DNA of 64,000 bases from Gammaproteobacteria bacterium (GCA_003132025.1 PKWJ01000020.1:3220-67219); one strand, 5' to 3'. Shown: positions 19,716-29,723, numbered from the stretch's first letter. Notes: a model not told the origin generated them from the letters alone. Numbers and translations are program-made.

Positions 19716-20948
19716 ATGCTCATGTCACCGACGGGCTGGCGCCTTGCGAGCGTTGGCGGCTGGCTGGCACTGCAAGCCTTGGGATTGCAGCCTGCAGCTG
19801 CCGCAGCCGACCCGGCCGGTCGCGCACCCAGGATCGGCCATGTGTTCATCGTGATGCTTGAAAACGAGGGCTATCGCGAGACGTTCGCGCCCGGATCGCC
19901 GGCCAGATACCTGAATCATCTGCGAGGCGAGGGCGCACTGGCGAGCAACTACTTCGGCACCAGCCACTTCAGTCTTGGCAACTACATCGCCCAGATCAGC
20001 GGCCAGGCGCCCAATCCGGCCACCGAATACGATTGCCCGCAGTTCACCGACTTCGTGTCCTCCGGCTTCACCGCCGATGGTCAGGCCGTTGGCAGCGGAT
20101 GCGTCTATCCGGCCAGCGTGCCGACGATTGCGAATCAGCTGGAGGCCGCGGGCTTAAGCTGGAAGGCGTACATGGAGGATATGGGGAACACTCCCGGGCG
20201 GGAGAGCGGCAACTGCGGACACCCCAGGATTGGCACAGCTGATAACACCCAGATCGCCGAGGTCGGCGATCAATATGCCACGCGCCACGATCCGTTCATG
20301 TATTTTCACGGCATCATCGATGCGCCATCCTGTGCGCAGCACGTGGTGAACCTGCGCTCACTGGGCCCGGACCTGAAAGCGATCGCGACGACACCCAGTT
20401 ATGTGTTCATCACGCCAAACCTGTGCCACGACGGTCATGACGGCGGCCACGGCAACACATGCGTCGATGGTGAAGCAGGTGGCCTTGCGTCGGCAGACCG
20501 GTTTCTAAGAAGCCTGGTACCGCAGATCGTCGCCTCGCCAGCCTTCAGGCGCGACGGGCTGCTGATCATTACCTTCGATGAATCGGACGTCGAGGACGAA
20601 TACGAAGCCTCGAGCCATGCGGTCAAGGTTACGGGCGGCGATGCAGCAGCATGCTGCGACGAGCAGCCGGGCCCGAACCTTCCCGCCTATCAGGCCGACG
20701 CAGGCATCGCGCGCACCGCCATCAATGGCCCGGGGCTGATCGGCCCGGGCGGCGGCCGCATCGGCGCCGTGCTGCTATCGCCCTTCATCAAGCCCGGGAC
20801 CGAATCACAGGTGCCGTACAACCACTATGCCTTGCTCAGAAGCGTCGAGGACATCTTCGGACTCTCGCACCTGGGGTATGCAGGCCAAGCCGGGCTCAAG
20901 GCGTTTGGAGCAGACATCTTCACGCAGCCGAACGGCCGCAGGCAGTGA
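19716..20948 (+). CDS. Secreted phosphoesterase-family protein (AcpA acid phosphatase / phospholipase C family)
   Basis: GGAGGA RBS, signal peptide (WLALQALGLQPAAAAA), and HVFIVMLENEGY and TPNLCHDGHDG motifs. Confidence 0.7.
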   Translation: MLMSPTGWRLASVGGWLALQALGLQPAAAAADPAGRAPRIGHVFIVMLENEGYRETFAPGSPARYLNHLRGEGALASNYFGTSHFSLGNYIAQISGQAPNPATEYDCPQFTDFVSSGFTADGQAVGSGCVYPASVPTIANQLEAAGLSWKAYMEDMGNTPGRESGNCGHPRIGTADNTQIAEVGDQYATRHDPFMYFHGIIDAPSCAQHVVNLRSLGPDLKAIATTPSYVFITPNLCHDGHDGGHGNTCVDGEAGGLASADRFLRSLVPQIVASPAFRRDGLLIITFDESDVEDEYEASSHAVKVTGGDAAACCDEQPGPNLPAYQADAGIARTAINGPGLIGPGGGRIGAVLLSPFIKPGTESQVPYNHYALLRSVEDIFGLSHLGYAGQAGLKAFGADIFTQPNGRRQ

Positions 20949-21002
20949 TGGGTGGCAGCCACCGACGCGTGGCAGCCGACGGTGCATGCCCAGTGACCGG
21001 CG

Positions 21003-22082
21003 CTATTTCGGCACTGTGCCGTCCACGCCTTCGACATACCAGGTTATCGCCATCAGGTCGTCCATCGACACCGAAGAACCCGCCGCTACCTTGGGCACGC
21101 CGCTGTTGTCCTTGATCGGACCGGCGAACGGCAGCAGAGTGCCGGCGATGATCGCCTGCTTCTTCGATTCGTACTGGCGTGCCACGTCGGCCGGCACCGC
21201 CGGATTGAGCGGCGTGAGCACGACCACGCCGTCCTTGATGCCAAGGCGCTCCTGCCGGTTGCCGCTCCAGGAGCCATCGAAGACTTTGTTGATCTCCTGG
21301 ATGTAGTAGACGCCCCAGTTCTCGGTGTTGGCGGTGAGCTGCGCATGCGCGCCGTATTTCGCCATGTCCGAATCCCAGCCGAAGGCGTAGATGCCTTTCT
21401 CTTCGGCCACCTGCACCGCGGCCGGAGAATCGGTGTTCTGGCACAGCACGTCGGCGCCCTGGGCGATGAGCGCCTCGGCCCCCTGGCGCTCCTTGCCGGG
21501 GTCGTACCAGGTGTCCACCCACACCACCTTGGTGTGGATCTTCGGATTGACGCTGCGGGCACCGAGAGTGAAGGCATCGATGTTGCGGATCACTTCCGGA
21601 ATGGGAAACGAGCCAATGTAGCCGAGGGTATTGGTCTTGCTCATGCGCCCGGCCAGCACCCCGAGCAGATAGGCACCCTCGTAGAAACGCGCCTGGTAGC
21701 TCACCACGTTGGCCGCGCTCTTGAAGCCGGTCGCGTGCTCGAAACGCACCTTGGGAAACAGCTTGGCCACCTTGAGCGTCGGTTCCATGTAGCCGAACGA
21801 GGTGGTAAAGATCACGGCGTAGTCCTTAGCGGCCAACTGACGGATGACGCGCTCGGCGTCGGCAGTCTCGGGTACGCTCTCGACGTAGGTGGTCTGGATC
21901 CGGTCGCCGAACTGCTTCTCCAGCGCCAGGCGTCCGAGATTGTGCTGATAGGACCAGCCGCCGTCGGAAATCGGACCGACGTAGACGAATGCCACCTTCA
22001 GCGGTGCGGATGCGGCCGCGCATAGCGTTGTCAGCCCGATCAGTGCTGTCGCTGCGAGCGTGGACCAGAAACGGTGCTGCAT
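21003..22082 (-). CDS. BMP-family (PnrA/Med-like) ABC substrate-binding protein, purine nucleoside-type
   Basis: Signal peptide followed by KVAFVYVGPISDGGWSYQHN. GGAGG RBS. Confidence 0.85.
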   Translation of the reverse strand: MQHRFWSTLAATALIGLTTLCAAASAPLKVAFVYVGPISDGGWSYQHNLGRLALEKQFGDRIQTTYVESVPETADAERVIRQLAAKDYAVIFTTSFGYMEPTLKVAKLFPKVRFEHATGFKSAANVVSYQARFYEGAYLLGVLAGRMSKTNTLGYIGSFPIPEVIRNIDAFTLGARSVNPKIHTKVVWVDTWYDPGKERQGAEALIAQGADVLCQNTDSPAAVQVAEEKGIYAFGWDSDMAKYGAHAQLTANTENWGVYYIQEINKVFDGSWSGNRQERLGIKDGVVVLTPLNPAVPADVARQYESKKQAIIAGTLLPFAGPIKDNSGVPKVAAGSSVSMDDLMAITWYVEGVDGTVPK

Positions 22083-22179
22083 GAATCTGTGCCTCCGGAT
22101 TTAATTTGCGCGGCTAGCCGTGACGGGCATGCAATCGGCATTCCATAATGATGCATCACCCGCATCGAGGTCACGCACC

Positions 22180-23274
22180 ATGATCGTCAGTATCCTACAG
22201 CGCATCCGGTGTCGCAGGTGGCTGCTCCGCGTTACGTTCAGCATGCTGCTAGCCGTTGGCGCAGCATCGCGGACGATCTGCGTCGCAGCTCCCGCCGCGG
22301 CGCCCGCCGCGCCGTTGGCAGTCAAGGTGCTGGTGATCAATACGTTCCGGGCCGAAGCCGCACCGTGGCCGACCGCGCTGCACACCGATCGTGAGATCCG
22401 TGTACCCGGATTGTCCAGCGACTATCCGCTGGTCCGCTGCAATGCCGCCGCGGTGTGCCAGGTGACTCTCGGCATGGGCCATGCGAACGCGGCCGCATCG
22501 ATGATGGCGGTGCTCTACAGCGGCCTGTTTGATCTGCGGCGAACCTATTTTCTGATCGCCGGAATTGCCGGCATCGATCCTGCCCGCGGCACCATTGGTT
22601 CGGCAGCATGGGCGCGTTATGCCGTGGACGTCGGCATCGCGCATGAGATCGACGCGCGCGAGCTACCGCGCGATTGGCGGGATGGGATTTTTGGGGTTGG
22701 AACTGACGCACCAGGCAAGAAACCGCAGCTGGAGTATCGTACCGAGGTGTTTCGGCTCGACGAAGCATTGCTGCAGAAGGCGCTCAGCCTGTCGCACCAG
22801 GTGGCGCTCGAGGACAGCGACGATGTGCGCGCCTACCGGGCGCACTATCAGCGATCGCCGGCCAATCAGCCGCCTCAGGTGACCCAGTGCGACACGGCCA
22901 CCAGCGACACCTGGTGGACCGGGGAGCGGCTGGGCGAGCATGCGCGACGCTGGACCGCACTGCTCACCGATGACGAGGGCATCTACTGCACCACGCAGGA
23001 GGAGGACAACGCCACGCTGACCGCGCTGACACGGGGCGCGCAGTCCGGCCTGGTTGATATCAAACGCGTCGCGGTGCTGCGCAGCGGCTCCGACTTTGAT
23101 CGTGGCTACGCGAATCAGAGTGCGTTCGATGCGCTGCGGGCACAGTTTGCTCTGGCCGGCGCGGTGCGTATCTCAGTCGATAACCTGGTGCGTGCAGGGT
23201 TGCCGTTGGTAGACAACATCGCACAGCACTGGGATCTGTGGCGCAACGGCGTGCCGGCGAACAACGTGCCTTGA
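22180..23274 (+). CDS. NUP-family 'purine nucleoside permease' protein (nucleoside phosphorylase-like fold) with signal peptide
   Basis: VKVLVINTF, VTLGMGHANAAASMMAV and IAGIAGIDP resemble the PNP/UDP fold seen in the NUP family. ATG 22180 (GAGG 10 nt upstream) yields a signal-like N-terminus; the track start at 22120 is possible. Confidence 0.65.
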   Translation: MIVSILQRIRCRRWLLRVTFSMLLAVGAASRTICVAAPAAAPAAPLAVKVLVINTFRAEAAPWPTALHTDREIRVPGLSSDYPLVRCNAAAVCQVTLGMGHANAAASMMAVLYSGLFDLRRTYFLIAGIAGIDPARGTIGSAAWARYAVDVGIAHEIDARELPRDWRDGIFGVGTDAPGKKPQLEYRTEVFRLDEALLQKALSLSHQVALEDSDDVRAYRAHYQRSPANQPPQVTQCDTATSDTWWTGERLGEHARRWTALLTDDEGIYCTTQEEDNATLTALTRGAQSGLVDIKRVAVLRSGSDFDRGYANQSAFDALRAQFALAGAVRISVDNLVRAGLPLVDNIAQHWDLWRNGVPANNVP

Positions 23275-23421
23275 GGCACCTATCCTGAAGCAACACTTGC
23301 ACCAACTTCGCCGCGCCGGGCCGCCGTTGCGGCGAAACGGTGCGCGCTCGGGAACAAATTGGGCCATGGCCGGCGGCGCTGTGTCGGCGGTTCCCCGGCG
23401 CGGGTTATAGTCACTCGCAAG

Positions 23422-24984
23422 ATGCCGATGAACAGGCTCAGTCCCTCCACGCCGCCGCGCCTTGCCCTGCACGGCATCAGTAAGCGCTATGCAGGGGTGG
23501 TCGCCAACGATCGCATCGACCTTAAGGTCGCAGCGGGCGAGATCCACGCGCTGCTGGGGGAGAACGGCGCTGGCAAGAGCACCCTGATGAAAATCGTCTA
23601 CGGCGTGACGCACCCGGACGAGGGCAGCATCGAGTGGGAGGGGGCACCGGTGGCGATCCGCAGCCCCGCACAGGCGCGCCGGCTCGGCATCGGCATGGTG
23701 TTTCAGCATTTCTCGGTCTTTGAAACGCTGACTGTGGCCGAAAACATCGCGCTGGCGCTCAATGAACGCCTGCCCGCCGCCACGCTCGCCGCCCGCATCG
23801 ATGAGGTTTCGAAGCGTTATGGCCTGCCGGTCGATCCGCAGCGCCTGACCCACGGCATGTCGGTCGGTGAGCGCCAGCGGGTCGAGATCGTGCGCTGTCT
23901 GCTGCAGTCCCCGCGGCTGCTGATCATGGACGAACCGACTTCGGTGCTGACGCCGCAGGCGGTGCGCACGCTGTTCGAGACGCTGCGCCGCCTGGCCGCC
24001 GAAGGGGTCAGCATTCTCTACATCAGCCACAAGCTCGATGAGATCCGCGAGCTGTGCGACGTTGCGACCATATTGCGCAACGGTCGCGTCACCGGGACCG
24101 CCATTCCGCGCGAGCAAAGCAACGCCAGCCTGGCGCGCATGATGGTCGGCACCGAACTGAAGCAATGCACGCTCAAACCGTGCCCGCCGGGCCCGATCCG
24201 CCTCGAGCTGGCCAACCTGTCGCAGGCGACCGAGGACCCATTTGGCACCAGCTTGCGGCAGATCAATCTCCGGGTGCATGGCGGCCAGATCGTCGGCATC
24301 GCCGGCGTCTCAGGCAACGGCCAGAAGGAACTGCTGGCGGCAATTTCGGGCGAGCGCCTGTGCGAACAGCGCGCAGCGGTGCGCCTGTGCGACCAGGACG
24401 CAGCGCGACTCAATCCGGCGCAGCGCCGCAGCCTGGGGCTGCGCTTCGTGCCCGAGGAACGACTGGGGCGCGGCGCGGTGCCCGGGATGTCTCTCTCGGA
24501 CAATTGTGTACTGACCGGCACCACTGCCGGGCTGGTGCGTCACGGCCTGGTACGCCGCCAGGCGGCGCGCGCCTTCGCCCGTGCCACCATTGCCGAATTC
24601 GCCGTGAAATGCGACGGCGAGCTGGCACCGGCCGACAGTCTGTCAGGCGGCAATCTGCAGAAATTCATCGTCGGGCGCGAGATACGACTGGTGCCGACCG
24701 TGATGCTGGTGGCGCAGCCGACCTGGGGCGTGGACGTCGGCGCCTCGCTGCTGATCCGCCAGGCCCTGATCGACCTGCGCGATGCCGGTGCCGCGGTGCT
24801 GGTGATCTCCGAGGACCTCGATGAGCTATTCGCGATCTGCGATTGCCTCGCGGTACTGGCGGGCGGCCGGCTGTCGGAAACGGTGCCGACGGCCGGGTTG
24901 GCGCTGGAAACGGTGGGCCTGTGGATGACCGGGGAATTCCATGCCGCCGCGCCGGGCGCGGGAGTGGCGCATGCCGCCGTTTGA
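23422..24984 (+). CDS. ABC transporter ATP-binding protein with duplicated ATPase domains (sugar/nucleoside type)
   Basis: Walker A GENGAGKST, signature LSVGERQRVEI, Walker B LLIMDEPTS, and a second degenerate domain (GVSGNGQKE, LSGGNLQK). Confidence 0.85.
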   Translation: MPMNRLSPSTPPRLALHGISKRYAGVVANDRIDLKVAAGEIHALLGENGAGKSTLMKIVYGVTHPDEGSIEWEGAPVAIRSPAQARRLGIGMVFQHFSVFETLTVAENIALALNERLPAATLAARIDEVSKRYGLPVDPQRLTHGMSVGERQRVEIVRCLLQSPRLLIMDEPTSVLTPQAVRTLFETLRRLAAEGVSILYISHKLDEIRELCDVATILRNGRVTGTAIPREQSNASLARMMVGTELKQCTLKPCPPGPIRLELANLSQATEDPFGTSLRQINLRVHGGQIVGIAGVSGNGQKELLAAISGERLCEQRAAVRLCDQDAARLNPAQRRSLGLRFVPEERLGRGAVPGMSLSDNCVLTGTTAGLVRHGLVRRQAARAFARATIAEFAVKCDGELAPADSLSGGNLQKFIVGREIRLVPTVMLVAQPTWGVDVGASLLIRQALIDLRDAGAAVLVISEDLDELFAICDCLAVLAGGRLSETVPTAGLALETVGLWMTGEFHAAAPGAGVAHAAV

Positions 24985-26083
24985 TCGCAACCCGTGGCCG
25001 CTGCGACTGGAGCGGCGTCAAAAGCCCTCAGCCGCGATGCGCATCTGGTCCTCGCCGCTGGCGGCGCTGGCGATGCTCGCCACCGGTCTACTGGTGTTCG
25101 CCGCGCTCGGCAAGGATCCGCTGGCCGCATTCCGGGTGTTCTTCATCGAGCCGGTCAGCTCGCTGTACGGCGTTGGCGAGCTGCTGCTCAAGGCGACGCC
25201 GCTGATGCTGTGCGCACAGGGACTGGCGCTGTGCTATCGCGCCAATGTGTGGAACATCGGCGCCGAGGGGCAGCTCACGCTGGGCGCGATTACCGGCGGC
25301 GGTGTCGGCTTGTTTTACGGCGCCGCCCTGGGCCATTGGGTGCAGCCGGTAATGCTCGCAGCGGGCGTGGTCGGCGGCATGGCCTGGGCCGCCATCCCTG
25401 CATTCCTGCGCTCGCGCTTTCGAACCAGCGAGATTTTCGTCAGCCTGATGCTGGTCTACATCGCCCAATTGCTGCTGTCCTACCTGGTGCACGGGCCATG
25501 GCGCGATCCGGCCGGACAGAATTTCCCCCAATCGCAGCCGTTGCCCGACAATGCGCTGCTGGCGCCGTTGCTGGATGGCACGCGCGTCAACGTCGGATTC
25601 ATCATCGCATTGCTGCTGTCGGCACTGTGCTGGTGGTTCGGAAAGACAACCGCGGCCGGGTTTCGCATGCGCGTGGGCGGGCTCGCCCCGGCCGCCGCGG
25701 CCTACGCCGGGATCAGCGAGCGAGGCAACGTCTGGCTGGCTCTGATGATCAGCGGCGGCAGCGCCGGGCTGGCCGGCATCTGCGAGGTCGCCGGCCCGAT
25801 CGGTATGCTGCAGCCGGTGGTATCGCCCGGTTACGGCTTCGCGGCGATCATCGTTGCCTTCGTCGGGCGCCTGCATCCGCTCGGCGTGGTGCTGGCGTCG
25901 TTGTTGATGTCGGCGCTGTACCTGGGCGGCGAATCGGCACAGATGGAACTGCAGCTGCCGGCGTCGGTGAGCGGCCTGTTTCAGGGTACATTGCTGTTCT
26001 ATCTGCTCGCGGCCGAGTTGTTCATCGGCTTTCGGCTGCGCCGCGTGCGCCGCGCCCCCGCGGCGGCGCCGGCGAGCGCATGA
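24971..26083 (+). CDS. ABC transporter permease (BMP/nucleoside system)
   Basis: Polytopic hydrophobic protein. ATG 24971 overlaps the ATPase 3' end. Confidence 0.8.
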   Translation: MPPFDRNPWPLRLERRQKPSAAMRIWSSPLAALAMLATGLLVFAALGKDPLAAFRVFFIEPVSSLYGVGELLLKATPLMLCAQGLALCYRANVWNIGAEGQLTLGAITGGGVGLFYGAALGHWVQPVMLAAGVVGGMAWAAIPAFLRSRFRTSEIFVSLMLVYIAQLLLSYLVHGPWRDPAGQNFPQSQPLPDNALLAPLLDGTRVNVGFIIALLLSALCWWFGKTTAAGFRMRVGGLAPAAAAYAGISERGNVWLALMISGGSAGLAGICEVAGPIGMLQPVVSPGYGFAAIIVAFVGRLHPLGVVLASLLMSALYLGGESAQMELQLPASVSGLFQGTLLFYLLAAELFIGFRLRRVRRAPAAAPASA

Positions 26084-27006
26084 ACCTTGCCACCTGGGTG
26101 ACCATCGTGGCCAGCGCTGTGGGCGCTGCGACGCCCCTCATGTTCGCAGCCCTGGGTGAGCTGGTCACCGAACGTGCCGGTGTGCTGAATCTGGGCGTGG
26201 AGGGCATGATGCTGGTGGGCGCGATGAGCGGCTTTGCGGTCGGCGTGTCGAGCGGCAGCCTGTGGCTTGCATACCTGGCGGCCGCCGTCGCCGGGATCCT
26301 GATCGCGCTGGTGTTTGGCGTACTGACGCTGAGTCTGCAGACCAACCAGGTCGCGACCGGCTTGGCGCTGACGCTGTTTGGCGTGGGCTTAAGCGCGTTC
26401 GCGGGCCGCAGCTTCGTCGGCCTGCCAATCCGGCCGCTGACGGCGCTGCACATCCCGCTGCTGACCGATCTGCCACTCATCGGCCCACTGCTGTTCCACT
26501 ACGATCCGCTGGTGTACCTGTCGTTGCTGCTGTGCGCGCTCATCGCCTGGATGTTGAAGCGCACGCGCGCGGGGCTGCGGCTGCGGGCAGTCGGCGAATC
26601 GCCCGCGATGGCACATGCGCTGGGCGAGCCGGTCACGCGGATTCGCTACCTCGCGGTGCTGTTCGGCGGTGCGATGAGCGGCATCGCGGGAGCCTATCTA
26701 TCGACCTCGCTGACCCCAATGTGGACCGAGGGCATGAGTGCCGGACGCGGCTGGATTGCGCTGGCGCTGGTGGTCTTCGGTACCTGGAAACCCTGGCGGG
26801 TGCTCGCCGGCGCATATCTGTTCGGCACCGTGACCGTGCTGCAGCTGTATGCCCAGGGTCTGGGAGTGCATGTGCCGAGCGAGTTCCTGTCGATGCTGCC
26901 GTACGCGGCGACCATCGTCGTGCTGGTGGTGATCTGTCGCGACCCGAAGACGATCCTGTTGAATCAGCCGGCTTCGCTCGGGCGCAGTTTTCACCCGGGC
27001 TACTGA
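26080..27006 (+). CDS. ABC transporter permease (second subunit)
   Basis: ATGA overlap with the previous stop. MNLATWVTIVASAVGAATPLMFAALGELVTERAGVLNLGVEGMM is typical of this permease family. The long upstream extension of track ORF 24994..27006 is an off-frame artefact. Confidence 0.8.
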   Translation: MNLATWVTIVASAVGAATPLMFAALGELVTERAGVLNLGVEGMMLVGAMSGFAVGVSSGSLWLAYLAAAVAGILIALVFGVLTLSLQTNQVATGLALTLFGVGLSAFAGRSFVGLPIRPLTALHIPLLTDLPLIGPLLFHYDPLVYLSLLLCALIAWMLKRTRAGLRLRAVGESPAMAHALGEPVTRIRYLAVLFGGAMSGIAGAYLSTSLTPMWTEGMSAGRGWIALALVVFGTWKPWRVLAGAYLFGTVTVLQLYAQGLGVHVPSEFLSMLPYAATIVVLVVICRDPKTILLNQPASLGRSFHPGY

Positions 27007-27019
27007 ACGGGCGGCCGCG

Positions 27020-28327
27020 ATGAACCCTCGCTATCGCACTGCGCATCGCGGCTCGATCCTGCACTTCCGGAGCGATCCCGGGCTGCAGGACGATCCGGCG
27101 TCCTACGAATACTGGGAGCACGGCGCGCTGATACTCGCCGACGGACACGTGGAAGCGGTCGGACCGGCCGCAGCATTGCTGCCGGCCGCGGCCGGCAACA
27201 TGCCGGTCATCGACCATGGGCATCGCCTGATCATGCCCGGCTTCATCGATACCCACATCCATTACCCGCAGGCCGACGTGATCGCTTCGGGCGGGCGCAA
27301 TCTGCTCGACTGGCTCGAACACTATACGTTTCCGGCCGAGAAGCGCTTCGCTGACGCCGAGCACGCCTTCGAGGTCGCTGAATTTTTTCTTAATGAACTG
27401 CTGCGCAACGGCACCACCACCGCGCAGGTGCTCGGCACGGTGCACAAGCAGTCGGTGGAGATGTTCTTCCGGGCCGCCGCCGAGCGCGGGCTGCGAATGA
27501 TTGCCGGCAAGACGCTCATGGACCGCAATTGCCCGGCAGATCTGCGCGACAGCGCGGTTGAAGGCGAACGCGAGATGCGCGAGCTGATCGAAACCTGGCA
27601 CGGGCGCGACCGACTGCACTACGCCATCACGCCGCGCTTCGCCGCCACCTCATCGGACGCGCAACTGCAGAGCGCGGGCCGGCTGGCGCGGGAATTCCCG
27701 AGTGTATTCATCCACAGCCATCTGGCAGAAACCCGCGATGAAGTGGCCTGGGTGCAGCAGCTGTTTCCCGATAGCCGCAGTTACCTCGACGTCTATGATC
27801 GTTTCGGCCTGCTGCGCGAGCGAGCCACCTATGCGCACTGTATCTACCTGGATGCCGGCGACCGGCAGCGGCTGGCGGCAAGCGGTGCCGGCGCCGCGTT
27901 TGCGCCGACCTCCAATCTCTACCTCGGTAGCGGGCTGTTCGATATCGCCGCCAGCGATGCGGCCGGCATGCGTTTCGCCCTGGCTACCGACGTCGGCGGC
28001 GGCAGCAGCTTCAGCATGCTGCGCACCATGGCGGAGGGCTACAAAGTCGCTCAACTGCTGGGCCAGAAACTCTCCCCATTGCGGGCGTTTTATCTGGCGA
28101 CGCTGGCGGGCGCACAGATGCTCGGGCTCGCCGATCGTATCGGGCGCTTTGCGCCGGGCACCGAAGCGGATTTCATCGTGCTCGATCCGCACGCGACCGC
28201 GCTGCTGGCGCGGCGCAGCGCGCAGTCGCGCACCCTGAGCGAACTGCTGCTGGTGCTGATGACCCTGGCGGACGACCGTGCGATCGCGTCGACCTATGTA
28301 CTCGGTGAACTGCAGGAGCTCGCATGA
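27020..28327 (+). CDS. guaD: Guanine deaminase
   Basis: Amidohydrolase HxH (PGFIDTHIHYPQ), NLLDWLEHYTFPAEKRF, HSHLAET, and DVGGG near the C-terminus. Confidence 0.85.
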   Translation: MNPRYRTAHRGSILHFRSDPGLQDDPASYEYWEHGALILADGHVEAVGPAAALLPAAAGNMPVIDHGHRLIMPGFIDTHIHYPQADVIASGGRNLLDWLEHYTFPAEKRFADAEHAFEVAEFFLNELLRNGTTTAQVLGTVHKQSVEMFFRAAAERGLRMIAGKTLMDRNCPADLRDSAVEGEREMRELIETWHGRDRLHYAITPRFAATSSDAQLQSAGRLAREFPSVFIHSHLAETRDEVAWVQQLFPDSRSYLDVYDRFGLLRERATYAHCIYLDAGDRQRLAASGAGAAFAPTSNLYLGSGLFDIAASDAAGMRFALATDVGGGSSFSMLRTMAEGYKVAQLLGQKLSPLRAFYLATLAGAQMLGLADRIGRFAPGTEADFIVLDPHATALLARRSAQSRTLSELLLVLMTLADDRAIASTYVLGELQELA

Positions 28328-29454
28328 CCACACGGCTGGCTACGCTCGCCCGCGTCCTGGTGCCGCTTACATTTGCGCTGCTCGCCGGCGTGTGCTGTGC
28401 GCAGGATGGCGGCGCACGGCGCAAGGTCATCATCGATCAGGACGCCTTCGGTCCGGCCTCGTCCAATCTGCAGGCCATACTGATGTTGCTGCAGGCCGGC
28501 GATGCCGATGTGCTCGGCATTACCATTCCGAGCGGCGATGGCTGGCGCGACGAGGAGGTGAGCCACACGCTGCGGCTGCTGGAGATCGCCGGTCGCACCG
28601 AGATACCAGTACATCCCGGCGCGGTGTATCCGCTGGTCAATACCCAGCAGCGCACGCGGGTATGGGAACAGCTCTACGGCAAACTGTTCTACAAGGGCGC
28701 CTGGACCGAGAGCTGGCCCACGGAGGGCACCATGCGCCGCTCGCCCTACCATGCCGATCCGTTCCTGGTGCCCCCGTCGCCGGCAGGGGAACCGAAGATC
28801 AAGGCTTCGCCCGAGAGCGCGGCCGCGTTTCTGGTTCGAAAGGTGCACGAATTTCCGGGGCAGATCACCATCATCGCGGCCGGCCCGCTGACTGACCTCG
28901 CCATCGCATCGCGGCTCGACCCGCAGTTCGCATCGCTCGCCCGGGAGTTGGTGTTCATGGGCGGCAGCTACAATCCGGTGGCGGCCGACAACGCGTTCGC
29001 CGCAGAGTATGCGAACGCGCCGCGCCGGGAATTCAACATGCGCTTCGATCCGGAGGCCGCCTCGATCGTGCTGCATGAGCCCTGGAAGAAGATCACGCAG
29101 GTGCCCATCGATCCGACCACCAGGACCTTCTTCAAACCGGAGTACTTCCGGCAGCTGGGGCTGGGTCGGGCGCCATTCGACGCCTACCTGGCCAAGTTCG
29201 GCCAACCCTATCCGATGTGGGACGAACTTGCGGTGGCCGTGTGGCTCGATCCGTCGATCGTGACCCGCAGCGCCACGCTGCTGGTGGATATCGACACCAG
29301 TTTCACCGCCGGTTACGGCGATACGCTGAGCTGGAGCGTTGGTACCGGTCCCGGTCTGGGCGAGCGTCCGGTGCTGGTGGTGCAGGACGTGGACGTGCCA
29401 AGGTTCGAGCATATGGTGCTTGATCTGCTGAGCAGACCGACGCCCGCGCACTGA
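28324..29454 (+). CDS. Exported inosine/uridine-preferring nucleoside hydrolase family protein
   Basis: ATGA overlap with guaD. Sec-type signal (LVPLTFALLAGVCCAQD) followed by the IUNH aspartate cluster VIIDQDAFGP. Confidence 0.8.
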   Translation: MTTRLATLARVLVPLTFALLAGVCCAQDGGARRKVIIDQDAFGPASSNLQAILMLLQAGDADVLGITIPSGDGWRDEEVSHTLRLLEIAGRTEIPVHPGAVYPLVNTQQRTRVWEQLYGKLFYKGAWTESWPTEGTMRRSPYHADPFLVPPSPAGEPKIKASPESAAAFLVRKVHEFPGQITIIAAGPLTDLAIASRLDPQFASLARELVFMGGSYNPVAADNAFAAEYANAPRREFNMRFDPEAASIVLHEPWKKITQVPIDPTTRTFFKPEYFRQLGLGRAPFDAYLAKFGQPYPMWDELAVAVWLDPSIVTRSATLLVDIDTSFTAGYGDTLSWSVGTGPGLGERPVLVVQDVDVPRFEHMVLDLLSRPTPAH

Positions 29455-29661
29455 TCGGCGTGCCGCATTCGATGGCGCAAATGTTGCAGCTGGTGTTTAT
29501 GCAGCTGCAGTACAACAGCGCCGCGTTCAATCTGCTGTATCAGAGTTTTGGCCCGCGCGAGCCGCGCGCGAATGAAACCGGCGCTCGCGCGCGGGTGCCA
29601 GGTTGCTCCCGGCTGGTGCGGGAAGCAGCCCTGCGGCGCGATGTTGCACTGTTTTGCACCC

Positions 29662-29697
29662 TTGACAGCCCGAGGGTGACTGCTACGATCGATCGTA
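29662..29697 (+). promoter_or_regulatory. Candidate sigma70 promoter with overlapping 14-bp perfect palindrome
   Basis: TTGACA (29662-29667), 16-nt spacer, TACGAT (29684-29689). TACGATCGATCGTA (29684-29697) is a perfect palindrome, 27 nt upstream of the TTG start at 29724. Confidence 0.35.
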
Positions 29698-29723
29698 CAC
29701 AACAAAAATTGATGAGGTGACGC

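Noticed and set aside
24994-27006. A single 670-aa ORF spanning both ABC permease genes.
   Set aside because: Only the last about 308 codons (from ATG 26080, MNLATWVTIV...) look like a membrane permease. The upstream part is an Arg-rich off-frame read-through of the first permease gene, whose own frame (24971..26083) gives a proper hydrophobic protein.
29460-29720. An 86-aa ORF in the gap upstream of the second TonB-dependent receptor.
   Set aside because: It has no RBS, no recognisable motif and a low-complexity C-terminal half. It overlaps the putative promoter/operator. The region is better explained as a regulatory spacer, with an imperfect CAGCTG-containing dyad near 29490-29515.
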